Source: Adineta vaga (Eukaryota > Animalia > Rotifera). Taken from it: DNA of 64,000 nucleotides. Each line of letters starts with the position of its first letter. Positions within the stretch are counted from its first letter, which is position 1. Of this stretch, positions 24,234 to 37,500 are shown piece after piece. A model generated the notes under the pieces. It ran no database searches. It was not told the origin of the DNA and worked only from the letters and a program-made list of their open reading frames with translations. Both the position numbers and the translations under genes were made by a program. The stretch is from contig CP075494.1 in NCBI GenBank assembly GCA_021613535.1, forward strand, positions 16,492,001 through 16,556,000. The letters run 5' to 3'.

Positions 24234-27200
24234 ATGAATATATTTCCGTTTTCTATTTATTTGTATATTTTATTGGTAATAATTGTTCAATTATCAACAT
24301 TAGAAATTTACTTATATAATTCTCTTGAAGAAAATAATTCAATTAATTATTTTCAACATAATTGTTTTTATTATCAAATAGACGATAATATTATTGACTA
24401 TGGTGAATCTATGAAATTAATTTATCAAATTATTCCATATTGTATACGATCTGATGAGAAAATTATTATAAATGAAAATATTATTAATAATATTGATATA
24501 TCTCAAATAAAAACATTTGATCAATTACGACAAATGAATATAACAAGTGATGAATTAATTCGTTGGTCTGCATCTATTGATATTGCTGAAAGATATGAAA
24601 TCTATTTGAAAAATCAATTATTTTATATGAAGATTTTACCTGAAGAACAATTTTACAATTGTACATGGCCACGATTTGGTCATATGTGTCAATATGAATT
24701 TGATATTAATGAAGAAATCTCATTCAATGAATTTATTTTTCATATTTTTCAATCAAAATTTAAATTGAAATTTTCAGAATTAAACAAATTTACAAATTTA
24801 TCGTGTTATACACATTTAAAATGTATGCGTGGGCAAGATCCATTATGTCTTGATTGGAGAGAAATATGTGATGGGAAAATTGATTGTCTAAATGATGGGA
24901 TAGATGAAGATGATTGTTGGCAATTGGAAATTAAAGAATGTTTAATACATCAATATCGATGTCATAATGGCGCTCAATGTATTCCAGAGAAATTTATACA
25001 TGATGATCCTCTTAATCCTGATTGTCTTGATCAATCAGATGAACCATTATCACAACTCTATCCTGAACATTGTCCTGCTGATCCTGCTTTTCGTTGTGAA
25101 GAAACTATCTGTAGATATTCACGAAATACATTTCTTTATTCTTGTGGTGATGGTCAATGTATTGGAATGAAAGATCAATGTACAAATGAACGATCGATTT
25201 CTTATCTTCCGATTTATTTATTATTGAACAATTGTAGTCGTGCAATGGCTTGTTTAACTTTAACTCAACAACATTTTGATGATATTCTATGTGATATATT
25301 TTGTACTGATTCTCGTTGTAGTGATATTATTAGAGAAGAATGTTTACCACTTTTTCAATTTCCACCAATGAATGTTCTTTTTGATCATGTATCTTTCTTA
25401 TATACAAATAATCAGCCTAATTACAATTATCTAGTCCCTCCTCCACCTGAATTCGTTTGTTACAAAGAGCCATTATGCAAATATGTTCTTTCAACAATTA
25501 AAACAATTTTAGTTAATAATTCTACATGTATAAAATTTTCAGAATTTAATTTCACACAAAAACCGTTCATTCAACGCAGTTGGGACACTTTTCTAACATT
25601 AATCAAAGGATATTTTCAAGGTTGTTCAACAAGTAAACATTTAACAAATACAACAAATTGTTTGTATTCATCATTATATCGATGTACAAATTCTTTAACA
25701 TGTATTTCTAAACATCGTTTACTCGATGGAAATCAAGATTGTTATCTAATGGATGATGAAACTATGAATACAAGTTGTAATCTTATTGATCAATATCGTT
25801 TTCATTGTTCCTTAGAAAATCGATGTATTTCAAGGATATTAGTAAATGATTTTCATAAGGATTGTTTAGAAAGTGAAGATGAAATTTCATTTGATATGAA
25901 GATTTCAGCAACACATATTTCTTTTCAAACAATCTGTGATGGTTTTCAAGAATTATCAATGACTATTATCGATGGAAAAAATGAATCAGACGAAACGAAC
26001 TGTCATATGTGGCCATGCAATAATATCTATACAAATTGTAATGGTATATGGAATTGTCTTGATGGTGCCGATGAAGTCAATTGTTCAGAATCACGTTGTC
26101 CATCATCATATCATACGTGTGTTTCATTAATAACAAATAATTTCACATGTTTACCTATCGCACAAGCTAATGATGGTAATGTTGATTGTCTAGGTGGATC
26201 TGATGAACGTCATATATGTCGAATGTATTATCCTGAAGATCCATCCAATCGATTTCTTTGTCGAAATTCTATCGAATTAAATCCAAGGTGTTTATTTCCA
26301 GATAATCTTTGCAATCAAGTACCGACCTGTTTCGATGAGGATGATGAAGTATTTTGTCTTAAACGTGATCATTTTTATGGGAACATTTTTTGTCATCCTC
26401 TGTTACAAATACAACGTACAGATGTAGAAACATTTCTTTGTGGTTTGAGTGATTTATCAAAAAAGTCAATTGTCTACTTTGCATTATATTCTAATCAACT
26501 AAATAATAACGATTATTCTAATAAGAAAATAAAAGAAAATAATCTGTTAGAATCCAACATTAAAAATCATGATGATAAAACATTAGATCTCGCTCGAATA
26601 TGGCGTTGTAATCGAGGACTTCCAATTCGAAATAAAAATAATTTCTTAATGTGTTTATGTCCACCGAGTTATTATGGAGATCGATGTCAATATCAAAATC
26701 AACGTATAAGTCTTATTCTACAGTTACAAGCAATAGCTGATTTTCGTACGGTATTTACTATCGTTATTATGTTAATTGATAACAATGATCAAATTAATTC
26801 TTATGAACATATTAATTATTTACCAATTCGACATTGTAATACAAAATTTCATATATATCTTTTATATTCCACGCGACCTAAAGATTTGACGAAAAATTAT
26901 TCTATTCGTATTGATGCTTTTACTGCAAAATCATTAATGTATAGGTCAAGTTGGTTATATCCAGTTGAATTTGCATTTCTTCCTGTCTATCGTTTATCTG
27001 TTGAATTAAAAATTCCACTTTCCGATGATGATATGAAAAGTTGTATACTTAAATGTCATCATGGTCATTGTCGAAGATATGAAAATACAGAAATCGAATT
27101 TTGTCAATGCAATTCAGGCTGGTCAGGTTCTCAATGTTTAGTCTCGCTTGATAATTATGTTTGTTCATCTGATTCATTACACATTGGTCCATCAATATGT

Positions 27201-28943
27201 ATTTGTCCACTTGGAAAATATGGTAAACATTGTTTATTAGAAAAATCAATTTGTTTCAAACAACATTGTGAACATGATGGACAATGTGCACCAATTGATG
27301 AACGTATGATTAATAATCAATGGGAATGTATTTGTAAAGAAGGATATTCTGGTAAACAATGTCATACAATTGATAGAGAGGTTATTATTTCCTTTCATGA
27401 CATGACAATTCCGTTATCTATTCTTGTACATTTTATTTATGCACCAGGTAATGTATCTCATGAACGTATAACAACATTTAAAAAGATTTCACTCGATAAA
27501 AATACAGCTACTGTGTATTCATCTAGACCTTTTCATTTGATTATTGTTGAATTTTCTGATAAATATTATCTAACAACTCTAATTCAACAATCAGAATTTC
27601 AATTGAACAAATCGGTTCATGTAAATGTAATTGCTTCACAGAAATGTCGACCTATTGAAGAATTATTTGATAATACTATTATTCAATTAGAGCTTTTACA
27701 GCGTATTAAATATTATCATCTTCCTTGTCAAAAACAATTAAATTTAGTTTGTTTTTATGATTCTATTCATATGTGTCTTTGTAATGCAGATCAACATGCC
27801 AATTGTTTTATTTATGAACATAAAATGATTTATAATTGTCAAGGTACCATCTATTGTTTGAATGATGCTCGATGTTATCAAGACAATACTATTTGTCCAA
27901 CCGATTATTTATGCGAATGTACAGAATGTTATTATGGTACTCGTTGTCAATTAACTACGAAAGATGCAGTTTTATCATTGGATGCAATTCTTGGAAATCA
28001 TATTCGTCCTCATCTCAATTTCATTCAACAGCCCATTGCGATAAAAATATCATCTATTATCACTATAATTATGTTAATTTTAGGTATTATTGATGGATTT
28101 GTCTCTTGTATGACATTTAAAGTGAAAAAATTGAGAAAAGTCGGATGTGGATATTATCTTTTTGTCTTATCAATTATATCTCCACTTTTGATGATAATAT
28201 TATCTTTAAAAGTTTGCTTTCTTATTTTAACACAAATGTCTGTAATAACCAATCGCTTTTTTCTATTCATTCAATGTCGTTCGATTGATTTTTTTCTATT
28301 GACTATTCTTCGATTGAATGGTTGGCTAAATGCATGTGTTTCACTAGAGAGAGCAATTACTATTTTTAAAAGTACTCAATTTTCTAAAGAGAAAAGTAAA
28401 TATGCAGCTAAATGGGTCATAATCTTTCTTCCTATATTGATCATTTCTACAACAATATATGATCCAATACATCGACATCTCATCGATGACGTAGAAGAGC
28501 AACGTATATGGTGTGTGATTAATTACACTGGAGTTTTACGAATATTGAATATCATCATGAATTTATGCCATTTTATTATTCCTTTTTGTATTAATATTAT
28601 ATCTGCTTTTGTAATTATTCTAAAAGTAGCTCGAAAACGTTCTAAAGCTCACATTCAATTATCTTACAGACAGCATATTTCAGAACAATTTCATCAACAT
28701 AAACATTTATTGATTAGTTCAATGATTTTAGTTCTTTTAGCTTTACCTCATCTGATCATTTCTTTTCTATCGGGTTGCATGAAATCAATACGTGAACCAT
28801 GGTTATTCTTATTCGGTTTTTATATATCTTTTGTTCCGTCTACTCTTGTTTTTGTCATTTATGTTCTTCCTTCGCAAACATACAAGAAAGAATTTATTGA
28901 ATCGATCAATAATTTTATATCAAATCTTCGACATTTTATATAA
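24234..28943 (+). CDS. Large rhodopsin-like GPCR with LDLa and EGF-like ectodomain, intronless, 1569 aa
   Basis: Signal peptide, LDLa repeats (CDGKIDCLNDGIDEDDC, CNGIWNCLDGADEVNC), EGF repeats (CLCPPSYYGDRC, CICKEGYSGKQC), seven hydrophobic segments at the C-terminus with ACVSLERA at the DRY position and FVIYVLPSQTYKKEF. Confidence 0.9.
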   Translation: MNIFPFSIYLYILLVIIVQLSTLEIYLYNSLEENNSINYFQHNCFYYQIDDNIIDYGESMKLIYQIIPYCIRSDEKIIINENIINNIDISQIKTFDQLRQMNITSDELIRWSASIDIAERYEIYLKNQLFYMKILPEEQFYNCTWPRFGHMCQYEFDINEEISFNEFIFHIFQSKFKLKFSELNKFTNLSCYTHLKCMRGQDPLCLDWREICDGKIDCLNDGIDEDDCWQLEIKECLIHQYRCHNGAQCIPEKFIHDDPLNPDCLDQSDEPLSQLYPEHCPADPAFRCEETICRYSRNTFLYSCGDGQCIGMKDQCTNERSISYLPIYLLLNNCSRAMACLTLTQQHFDDILCDIFCTDSRCSDIIREECLPLFQFPPMNVLFDHVSFLYTNNQPNYNYLVPPPPEFVCYKEPLCKYVLSTIKTILVNNSTCIKFSEFNFTQKPFIQRSWDTFLTLIKGYFQGCSTSKHLTNTTNCLYSSLYRCTNSLTCISKHRLLDGNQDCYLMDDETMNTSCNLIDQYRFHCSLENRCISRILVNDFHKDCLESEDEISFDMKISATHISFQTICDGFQELSMTIIDGKNESDETNCHMWPCNNIYTNCNGIWNCLDGADEVNCSESRCPSSYHTCVSLITNNFTCLPIAQANDGNVDCLGGSDERHICRMYYPEDPSNRFLCRNSIELNPRCLFPDNLCNQVPTCFDEDDEVFCLKRDHFYGNIFCHPLLQIQRTDVETFLCGLSDLSKKSIVYFALYSNQLNNNDYSNKKIKENNLLESNIKNHDDKTLDLARIWRCNRGLPIRNKNNFLMCLCPPSYYGDRCQYQNQRISLILQLQAIADFRTVFTIVIMLIDNNDQINSYEHINYLPIRHCNTKFHIYLLYSTRPKDLTKNYSIRIDAFTAKSLMYRSSWLYPVEFAFLPVYRLSVELKIPLSDDDMKSCILKCHHGHCRRYENTEIEFCQCNSGWSGSQCLVSLDNYVCSSDSLHIGPSICICPLGKYGKHCLLEKSICFKQHCEHDGQCAPIDERMINNQWECICKEGYSGKQCHTIDREVIISFHDMTIPLSILVHFIYAPGNVSHERITTFKKISLDKNTATVYSSRPFHLIIVEFSDKYYLTTLIQQSEFQLNKSVHVNVIASQKCRPIEELFDNTIIQLELLQRIKYYHLPCQKQLNLVCFYDSIHMCLCNADQHANCFIYEHKMIYNCQGTIYCLNDARCYQDNTICPTDYLCECTECYYGTRCQLTTKDAVLSLDAILGNHIRPHLNFIQQPIAIKISSIITIIMLILGIIDGFVSCMTFKVKKLRKVGCGYYLFVLSIISPLLMIILSLKVCFLILTQMSVITNRFFLFIQCRSIDFFLLTILRLNGWLNACVSLERAITIFKSTQFSKEKSKYAAKWVIIFLPILIISTTIYDPIHRHLIDDVEEQRIWCVINYTGVLRILNIIMNLCHFIIPFCINIISAFVIILKVARKRSKAHIQLSYRQHISEQFHQHKHLLISSMILVLLALPHLIISFLSGCMKSIREPWLFLFGFYISFVPSTLVFVIYVLPSQTYKKEFIESINNFISNLRHFI

Positions 28944-29487
28944 TTGAATCTGATGATTGCGATATTAATGCTGCAAACGTATTTCATCATTTAATCGAGA
29001 TAAATTCTATTTGGGAAAAGTGTCTTTGTTCTATTGACAGCCTGTAGACGGGTGGGGTGGATGAACTGAGATACCATGATCGATTTCGTCTTCCGCTACG
29101 AAGACTTATCAGATGATTTATTAATCTGACTATATGATTTACATTAATATTAATTTTGTCTAATTAAAAATCAAGGATATTCTTAAAACTGATGTAACCG
29201 AATTATGCGAAAAATGAGAAGGCAAGTTCTACCACTTTAATGGGCATTGATGTAAATGAGCTATCAATGTATCTCAATCGTTATGACAAATGGAGAGGCA
29301 TAGTGTAGTGTTTTGTGACACGATGTTTATTTGGCTATGCTCTACCATCCAAATGTAACTATCTAACATACAATACGAGTTTATATACGAGAGAGAGAAA
29401 GAGACAACTTAAAACGATAGAATTATAGCTAGATAAAAAAGATATAGGAAGTGCCATTTAAAAGGACGTCCATTCATTCTCTTAGCA

Positions 29488-29823
29488 CAGTATAATCATC
29501 GCATAATGATATGGGAAAAAGATGCTCGAGAAGGTGTGATTGTAACTAGAGGAAATGGCATGGGAAAGAATCTTAATCAATTACAGCTTCCTTATGGATT
29601 GGTGGTTGATAATCGCCGTTAAATATACGTGTCAAATTGGAAAAATGCTCGAATTATGCGTTGCAGCGAAGGAGCGAAAGAAGGTAAAATTATTGTTAAT
29701 AAAGATGAAAATAGAGAAGAATCAAGTCAATTGTCTGATTCTCATAGTTTATCATTTGATACGAAAGGAAATATTTATGTTAGTAGTTAACCATATCATC
29801 GAATCCAAAGATTTGACATAAAT
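29488..29823 (+). pseudogene. NHL-repeat gene fragment
   Basis: QYNHRIMIWEKDAREGVIVTRGNGMGKNLNQLQLPYGLVVDNRR*IYVSNWKNARIMR...LSFDTKGNIYVSS*PYHRIQRFDI. Two in-frame stops, no start; resembles the 52899 protein. Confidence 0.8.
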
Positions 29824-31531
29824 AGGTTTCAAGAAAGAATTAGCATCAAGTTTTTTTAAAGTATACAGCTACGCAGCAGCTCAGAATTCTGTCAAAAAGC
29901 CATTACTTGGTTTTAAAGAACTGATGACAAACATCTTTTTGAGATCTTTCCTATAGAGTCAGTTTAATTCCACCTTAGCGAGTGTGATCAGAGTCAATGT
30001 TCGATATGAAGAGTAATGAAGTAATACAAATTTAAAGAAAAAAATAAACTTTTTGCCGATAGGTTGATTTTATAACATAAGGACTAGATTTTCAGCGTTT
30101 TCATTAGAATGTGTAGAATTTATACATGTATTGATATCACGTAGTGATTACAGATCATTCCTGTATTGATTCACCTCATTACATCATCCTCTGTCCTTTT
30201 TTATGACCTGAATTTTTCATCGTCTGTCAGTGTTTTTCTTCTTATATGTGATGTTTAATCACTATTCTCTTTTACTTTACTGATAGGCCATCGTTCGCAA
30301 TGTGTATTACTCTTGTCTTTTTATTACTGACTGTTTAATAAAATAATGATGATAATAAAAGAACAGTTTACAGTAATAGGATAAATATGTTGTGATAAAG
30401 GATGACACAGTACCGTATTGAGATCAATTTATACTCCAGTGTGAAAAACAATCTTTTTGTGTTCTTTGACGCTTTACTAAATTATGTGATGTAGAGTCAA
30501 ACTCACAGTAAATATTTCTTTATATCGTAACCAACATTTGTATCTTATTAAGGATTACTTCTCGAATTAATCTATCCTAGTACTGGTATATTTTGTAAAC
30601 TTTGTTCTATATTCTGTGCAATATAATGTTTTCTATTTATCTTGTTGTGGATCAATATCTCGACTAGCTTCCTCTCCATTCTTTAATAATCGAAAGCAAA
30701 TATATGAGGACGTGTGACAAACGAGAGGGCGAGAAAGAGTGATGCGAAGAAGAAGAACGTATGTATAGAAGAAAAAGAAAACAGACATAGTCGATTTTTT
30801 ATTTTCTTTTTTCTATGTCGACGCGCTATTCATTCTCTTCTTTCCTCGTACCCATGCTTCTAACACATGAAGAACACAAAAAATTTCTCATTCTGTTTTC
30901 CTCAAAAGAAAAAAGGCGAACAACACACATAGAAGAAGACATTTATCGAGAGGAGCGTCCATATAATCTTTATTTTGACATACTAGTGAGTTTCTCGTAT
31001 AAAAGGCGTTGTATTCTTAAAAATCTGTTTTCAAACGTTACAAACGATTATACTAAATAGTCACGATTATTCTGTATTGGTCAATCTTCTAATGACTAAT
31101 TATTTTTATGACGCCCTCTGTAATAAATTATCGAAACTAGGCCTCGTAGCGACTCCTTGTCAAGTTACAGGAATTATGGTTCTATACATCGCAACGCTCA
31201 TTCTTGTTTAGCAAGAAATAGAAAAACTATAACGATATTGATGACGAAGAATCAATTAGATTAATATATACGTAGATAAAAATTTTGAACAAAGCCAGAC
31301 AGTTTCATAAGAGTTCGAAAATATACATTTGAAAGACCACGGTAAACTAGCTCAGTTATAGCGACATGGATTGAGAGGATAAATTTTTCGTTCTGAAATT
31401 TAATAGTTAACATAGAGTTAGCAGCGATTTTCCCTGATTATAATGTCTATTCGAAGAAAAACTGAGTATAATCTTTTATGTTCCAGATAAAAAAACTAAT
31501 TCAATTCACGTCGATACTTTAACGTCTGCAA

Positions 31532-31939
31532 ATGGTGGGACATAGTTTAAGTCAATCACAATTATACAGTCTGGTTGGTCTTGGCGCCCTATATTGGGGT
31601 GCAGCCGCCGTTACTATTCGAAATGTTGGTCATATTTTATTTGCAAATGATGCGCGTCGACTTGCAACCTTCGCTGGATTAATACCCACTGGTTACATGC
31701 TGATTATCGTGAGCGAAGGACTTCTGGGTATTCATTCAAGCCAACGATTTATGGCAACGGCAGTTATGTTAGCAGCGGCTTTACCACTTGACGGTTTGGC
31801 ATTCATGTTTTTTCCATCATTGTATGAAAATCCAACAATAAAAAAAACAAATCCTCATTCAGCAGCTACTTTCTCAAGAATGGGTGCAGCATCGATTTTT
31901 TGGGGTGTAGGTGTTGTTTTGATCATGGCATTATTCTGA
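31532..31939 (+). CDS. Small 4-TM membrane protein, DUF5367-like, intronless
   Basis: 135-aa ORF with four hydrophobic segments and motifs GALYWGAAAVTIR, LDGLAFMFFPSLY and GAASIFWGVG. Visibly more GC-rich than its flanks. Family call is from memory. Confidence 0.6.
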   Translation: MVGHSLSQSQLYSLVGLGALYWGAAAVTIRNVGHILFANDARRLATFAGLIPTGYMLIIVSEGLLGIHSSQRFMATAVMLAAALPLDGLAFMFFPSLYENPTIKKTNPHSAATFSRMGAASIFWGVGVVLIMALF

Positions 31940-32064
31940 TTATCATGCTTTCTAAAATAACTATACATACATATTAGTTAAACCCGGGTCAGTTCTATTC
32001 TGAAGTACCATTTTTTCGTCATTATATCCTTCGCGTAGAAACTTTCTTTTAGAAATAAAAAAAA

Positions 32065-32143
32065 TTCTTGAGAGTGTGTATATATATATATAGATATAGA
32101 AACAGTGATTTGCACCGTCAACTCACACTCACATTCTCAAGAA
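32065..32143. repeat. Telomere-hexamer-like inverted repeat element (diverged)
   Basis: TTCTTGAGAGTGTG...CTCACACTCACATTCTCAAGAA. Confidence 0.65.
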
Positions 32144-32185
32144 ATACCAATAATAACCGAAGATAAATGAATATTGTTTTGTTAA

Positions 32186-32426
32186 CCCTAGTACTACCAA
32201 ACAGGGTCCAGATGGACCCCGTCTCGAAAAACTTGAAATAAAATGCAAAAAAATATGTTGTCATTTCTTAACGAAGAAAACGCAAATACTGGTGTTTATA
32301 GTGACTTATTCAACTGAGAATTATGATAGGGATATAAAAGAAATAAATGTATTTCTCGTTAAACGACGAACTTCGAAAACAATCTCGTAAAATCAACGGC
32401 AGGAAATTGGTTTGGTAGTACGGGGG
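32186..32426. mobile_element. piggyBac-type MITE (241 bp)
   Basis: TTAA|CCCTAGTACTACCAAAC ... GTTTGGTAGTACGGGGG|TTAA: 17-bp TIR with 2 mismatches, TTAA target-site duplication, no ORF. Confidence 0.85.
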
Positions 32427-32483
32427 TTAAAAATTAAAACAAAGTATGAATCAGTATATGAAAGTCAAAAATTCTTTCAAATG

Positions 32484-33764
32484 TTAATTTCTTTGTTTTA
32501 TTTTATTGATAAATAAGAAAGTATTCATTGATGAATTATATACTTCAGGAGTTATTTGAGCTGCATGATCAACATCATTACCACCAATGACTAATATATT
32601 TCCATCTTTCAATACGGTTGCTGTATGACTTCCTCGTGGATGATTCATAGTACTAGTAATTGTCCATACTCCTGTTGATATATCATATAGTTCAGAACTA
32701 TTCGAAAAATCACTATGAGGATCAGGACCACCACCACCAGAAACTAAAACTTTTCTATTTGGAAGCAAAGAAGCTGCATGTGTATATCGACTGCAACTCA
32801 TGTTACCAGTAATTGTCCAGGATTCTGTCGATGGATCAAACAATTCTGTGCTATTTAAAACATTTTGATCACTATCCATTCCACCAGTAACAAGAACTTT
32901 ACCATTATTTAACAAAGTTGCTGTATGAAGACATCGTTGATAATGCATACTATCAACAACTTTCCATGTTTCTGTTGATGGATCAAATACTTCAGCATTA
33001 TTTATCACATTGGATTCAGTATCATCTCCACCGGCGACTAAAACTTTTCCATTTTTCAATATAGTTGCCGTGTGCCATTTTCGTCCATAGTGCATATTTT
33101 CAGTATTTGTCCAAGTTTCTGTCGGTGGATCATATAATTCAGCACTTTTAGGTTCATCATCATTTCCACCAACAACTAAAACTTTTCCATTTCGTAATAC
33201 GGTTGCTGTATGAAAGAATCGTTCAAGATTCATACTACTCGTTGGTATCCAATATCCGGTTGACACTTCGTACACTTCAGCTTGATTTAAAATATATCTG
33301 ACATTGCCGAAATGTTCAGGTTCTCCAGCATATCCACCTGCGATTAAAATATTTCCATTCAATAATAATGAGGCTGTGTGAAACCAACGACAATCAGTCA
33401 TATCATAAGTATTTGTCCAATTTCTTGTCAATGGATCATACAATTCTCCAGTGGAACAAGTATTATCACCATATCCACCAGTCACAAGTACTTTTCCATC
33501 GAGCAACAAACTTGCCGCTTGATACATTCGTCCATTATGCAAATAACCAGTTTGAAACCATTCTATAGAGACGAAAGAAAATAGATATTTAAAAGTTTAA
33601 GAAAAAACTATTCTTTGACTAACTTGATCGATCACTCAAGGCTTTTGATGTAACAATGGATACTATTGACAATGCCAAGAAGAGAATAACTATAAAAGTA
33701 ATTTACGAAGAAAAAATAATGAAAATAAGGTTTATTTACTGTCGTCTGTTAGTTTGTTGTGCAT
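32484..33764 (-). CDS. Secreted Kelch-repeat beta-propeller protein
   Basis: Small exons MHNKLTDD|IILFLALSIVSIVTSKALSDRS| (signal-like), then an exon with about 7 repeats of RxxHTATxLxNGKVLVxGG...AELYDPxTxxW. Confidence 0.88.
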
Positions 33765-34586
33765 TCTATAGGCTTTACAAAAGAGAACTGAAATTGAAAA
33801 ACAAAAGAACGAGCTCCTTCATTTTGACCTATTTTATACTTGTTTTAGCATTGTTATATAGGTCACAAAAGATAACTATGTAAATTTTTGCAGTTTGTCA
33901 TCTTTTTATTCAGTATATATCTCTAATTTATAGTCATTCCAAAGTCTAACAAATTCATGTTTGTAAATAAAATAATTTATTATATGAAGTTAAGAGAGCG
34001 AATGTTCTTTTTGTTTTTCGAAAGTAACAACAGTATGTGATTGAATAAATGAATTAACACTTGTTCATTCATTCATTCATTATAAATATATTTGCAATTT
34101 TATTAAGTAAAACGAATACGATTGAAAAAAACTAGCATATAAATTCGATTAAGGGTGTGATTATCTCATCTTCAATCACGCGTATCTAATTTCGTAAAAT
34201 GGATTTAATTCATCTATAATATTTATGAATATATAAAGAAAATTATTATAGGTGCGCGTTATTGGATTATTTTCTGTGTCGTCTTAGCACACGTTGTGCA
34301 ATAAAGTATGTGTAGAAAAATATATCCTCAAAAAAAATAGATACTCAACGAATATGATTGGATTTTTTCTTCTTATTTATTCATCTGTGACTTATCGTTT
34401 ATAAATAAATGTTAATAGAAACAGAAAATGTCGTGAAATATCTTTTTTAAATTTTCTAACGAATAAATTTGTAGTTGAAGGTATATATGGTACAGATATG
34501 AATAACAATAAATTCTCAACTACATCTAATTTATATTTTATTGTCTTTTTGTTAAACATATTAGATCAATCGATATCAACAACAAG

Positions 34587-37500
34587 ATGAAATTGAATGA
34601 ATATTCATTTACTAAAAATCTTTCGAATTCTAACAGAAACAGGTCAGTAGTATTATGGTGTAATTTTAATATCTATCATATTTTTATCTCTAGTTATATT
34701 ATACGTTATCTTCTTTGGAAAGTATGGCATTCAATCAACGTTTCTATTACTTTTGCTTTGTTTACAATCGTAACGATCATTGTCGGTGTTCTAACAGTTT
34801 ATTTTACTGCGTCAAAAGGATCATGTAAGTTAAGTTTTGTATATACGTATGTTTATGTCTGAATATCTTCAACATTTTCTTTATAATTAATTAGCTCGGA
34901 TATGTAAATCGATGTTTGAATCAACCGATCAACATCAAATGAGTCCCAATTCAAATCCACAATGTGTTGTTATTGGAGATTTTAATAAGGACAATAACTT
35001 AGATGCGATAGTAGTCACTCATGGATATAATCAAATAGCTATATTTCTTGGATATGGTAATGCAACCTTCGGGAAAAGTGCTACATATTCAACAGGCTAC
35101 CGATCCTTACCGAAATCGATAACAATTGGCGACTTTAATAATGATAAAAATTTGGATGTTGCTGTCGCCAATTATGGTACAAATAATATTGGTATTTTTC
35201 TTGGACATGGTAATGGAAGTTTTCAAAGTCAGAAAATCTATACAACAGACTCATCTCGTCCACTTTCAATTATTAGTGATGATGTCAACAATGACGATCA
35301 ACTAGATATTATCGTTGCTAATTATGGTACACATAGTGTAGGAATACTGTTAGGACAAGGAGATGGATCTTTTGGAAAACAAACACTTTTATCAACGGAT
35401 TACGATTCATTTCCACAATCAGTTGTTCTAGGCGACTTTAATGACGATGCAAATTTAGACATAGCTGTCGCCAATTATGGTACAAATAATGTCGGCATTT
35501 TTCTCGGTCATGGAAATGGATCGTTTGAAAAACAACTTATTTATTCTACTGAAGTTGGATCCCATCCATATTCACTTGTTATCGGTGATTTTAATAATGA
35601 TCATTGGTTAGATATCGCTGTTGCTAATTATGGTACTGATAATATTGGATTATTTTTTGGCACTGGTAACGGAAGATTTGCTAAGCAAAAAACTTATTCT
35701 ACAGGCATAGATTCTAATCCATTTTCTCTTGCTACTAATGATTTTAATAATGATAATATATTGGATATTGTCGTTAACAATTATAAACAAAATAGTATAA
35801 GTGTATTTCTTGGTGATATTAACGGAAGTTTTTCTAATCAAATGACTTATCCAACTAAAATAGGACCGTGTTCATTAGTCATTGGTGACTTTAATAATGA
35901 TAATAGATTAGATTTGATTGTAGTTACAAATGGTTCCAATCTTTTCAATGTTTTTCTTGGATATTATCCTGTCGCTTTTCAAACAGAATATTTTTATTCA
36001 TCTGGAACTAATTTCAATCCAAGTGCTGTAATTACTACTGATTTTAATAATGATAATCAATCTGATATTGTCGTTACTGATTCCAATAGTAATGAAATAC
36101 TTATCTTTCTAGGATATGGGAACAAAACATTCGTGAAGAAAGCGACCTACTCTACGGGCTATCAATCTGTTCCTTATTCGGTGGATGTTGGTGATATTAA
36201 TCGTGATAATTATCAAGATATTGTTGTTGCCAACTCTCTCGCTGGTAATGTGATCATATTTCTCGGAATTGGAGATGGAACATTCACAATCTCTGATATG
36301 TATACAACTGGTAATGGATCAGTACCGTATTCAATCGTTCTTACTGACTTAAACAATGATAATCTTTTAGATATTGTCGTTGCTAATTCTATGCTTGATA
36401 ATATAGGCATTTTATTTGGTCATAGTAATGGAACATTTACAAGTCAAAAAATATACTCGACTGGCATTAATTCTCGTCCTCGAGCTGTCACTATCGACGA
36501 TTTCAACAACGATAACATACTAGATATTGCTGTTGCCAATTATGCTGCTAGAACTATAGGCATTTTCTTTGGGTTGGGCAACGGAACCTTTCTAGAACAT
36601 ACAAATTATACTACTGGACTTTATCCTACTTCTATTGCTACTGGCGATTTCAATAATGATACTCTGACAGATATCGCCGTTGCCTGTCAAGGTGATCAGG
36701 TTGTGCAAATATCATTTGGGCAAAAGAATGGATCTTTTGTCATTCAAACGATCTTTGCAGTTCCACCATTAGTAAACGATGTTCCGCAATACATTGTCAT
36801 TGGAGATTTCAACAATGACAAAGGGCTTGATATAGCGTTTACTACTGATTCTTGCCTAGTCTATGTGATTGCCGGATACAATAATGGATCTTTTGAAGTG
36901 GATCCAAAGTGGTTGTCGATATCAGGCAATGTACCGGCTTTATTACCGGTCGCCGCTGGCCATTTCAATAATGATAATGTTTTAGATATTGTCGTTACAA
37001 GTTACTATAATCATAAAATTGCTGTACTTCTTTCATATGATTACGGACGTTTTACAGATTATGAATTGTATTCAACTGGTTCGGCTACTTCTCCATTCTC
37101 TCTTGCTGTAAATGATTTTAATAATGACACTTATTTGGATATCGTTGTAGCTAATTCTGGAACTGATAACATCGAAATCTTTTTTGGATATGGTAATATA
37201 ACTTTCAAAAGTGAAACAACATATTCAACAGGATTTGGATCTCAACCATATTCCGTAGCTATTGCAGATTTCAACAATGACAAACAATTAGATATTATTG
37301 TTGTTAATTCAGGAAATGATAATATTATTATTTTTTTCGGTTATTCGAATGGTTTATTTGGTAATCAAAGAACATTTTCAACCGGTTCTTATTCTAATCC
37401 ACAAGCTGTTGCTATTGGCGATTTCAATCATGACAATTGGTTAGATTTAGTAGTTGCTAACAGTGGTACAAATAATATTGCACTTTTTCTTACATATGAT

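Noticed and set aside
30600-31100. ORF 30815 and purine/pyrimidine-skewed sequence
   Set aside because: No recognisable protein motifs; likely non-coding repeat debris.
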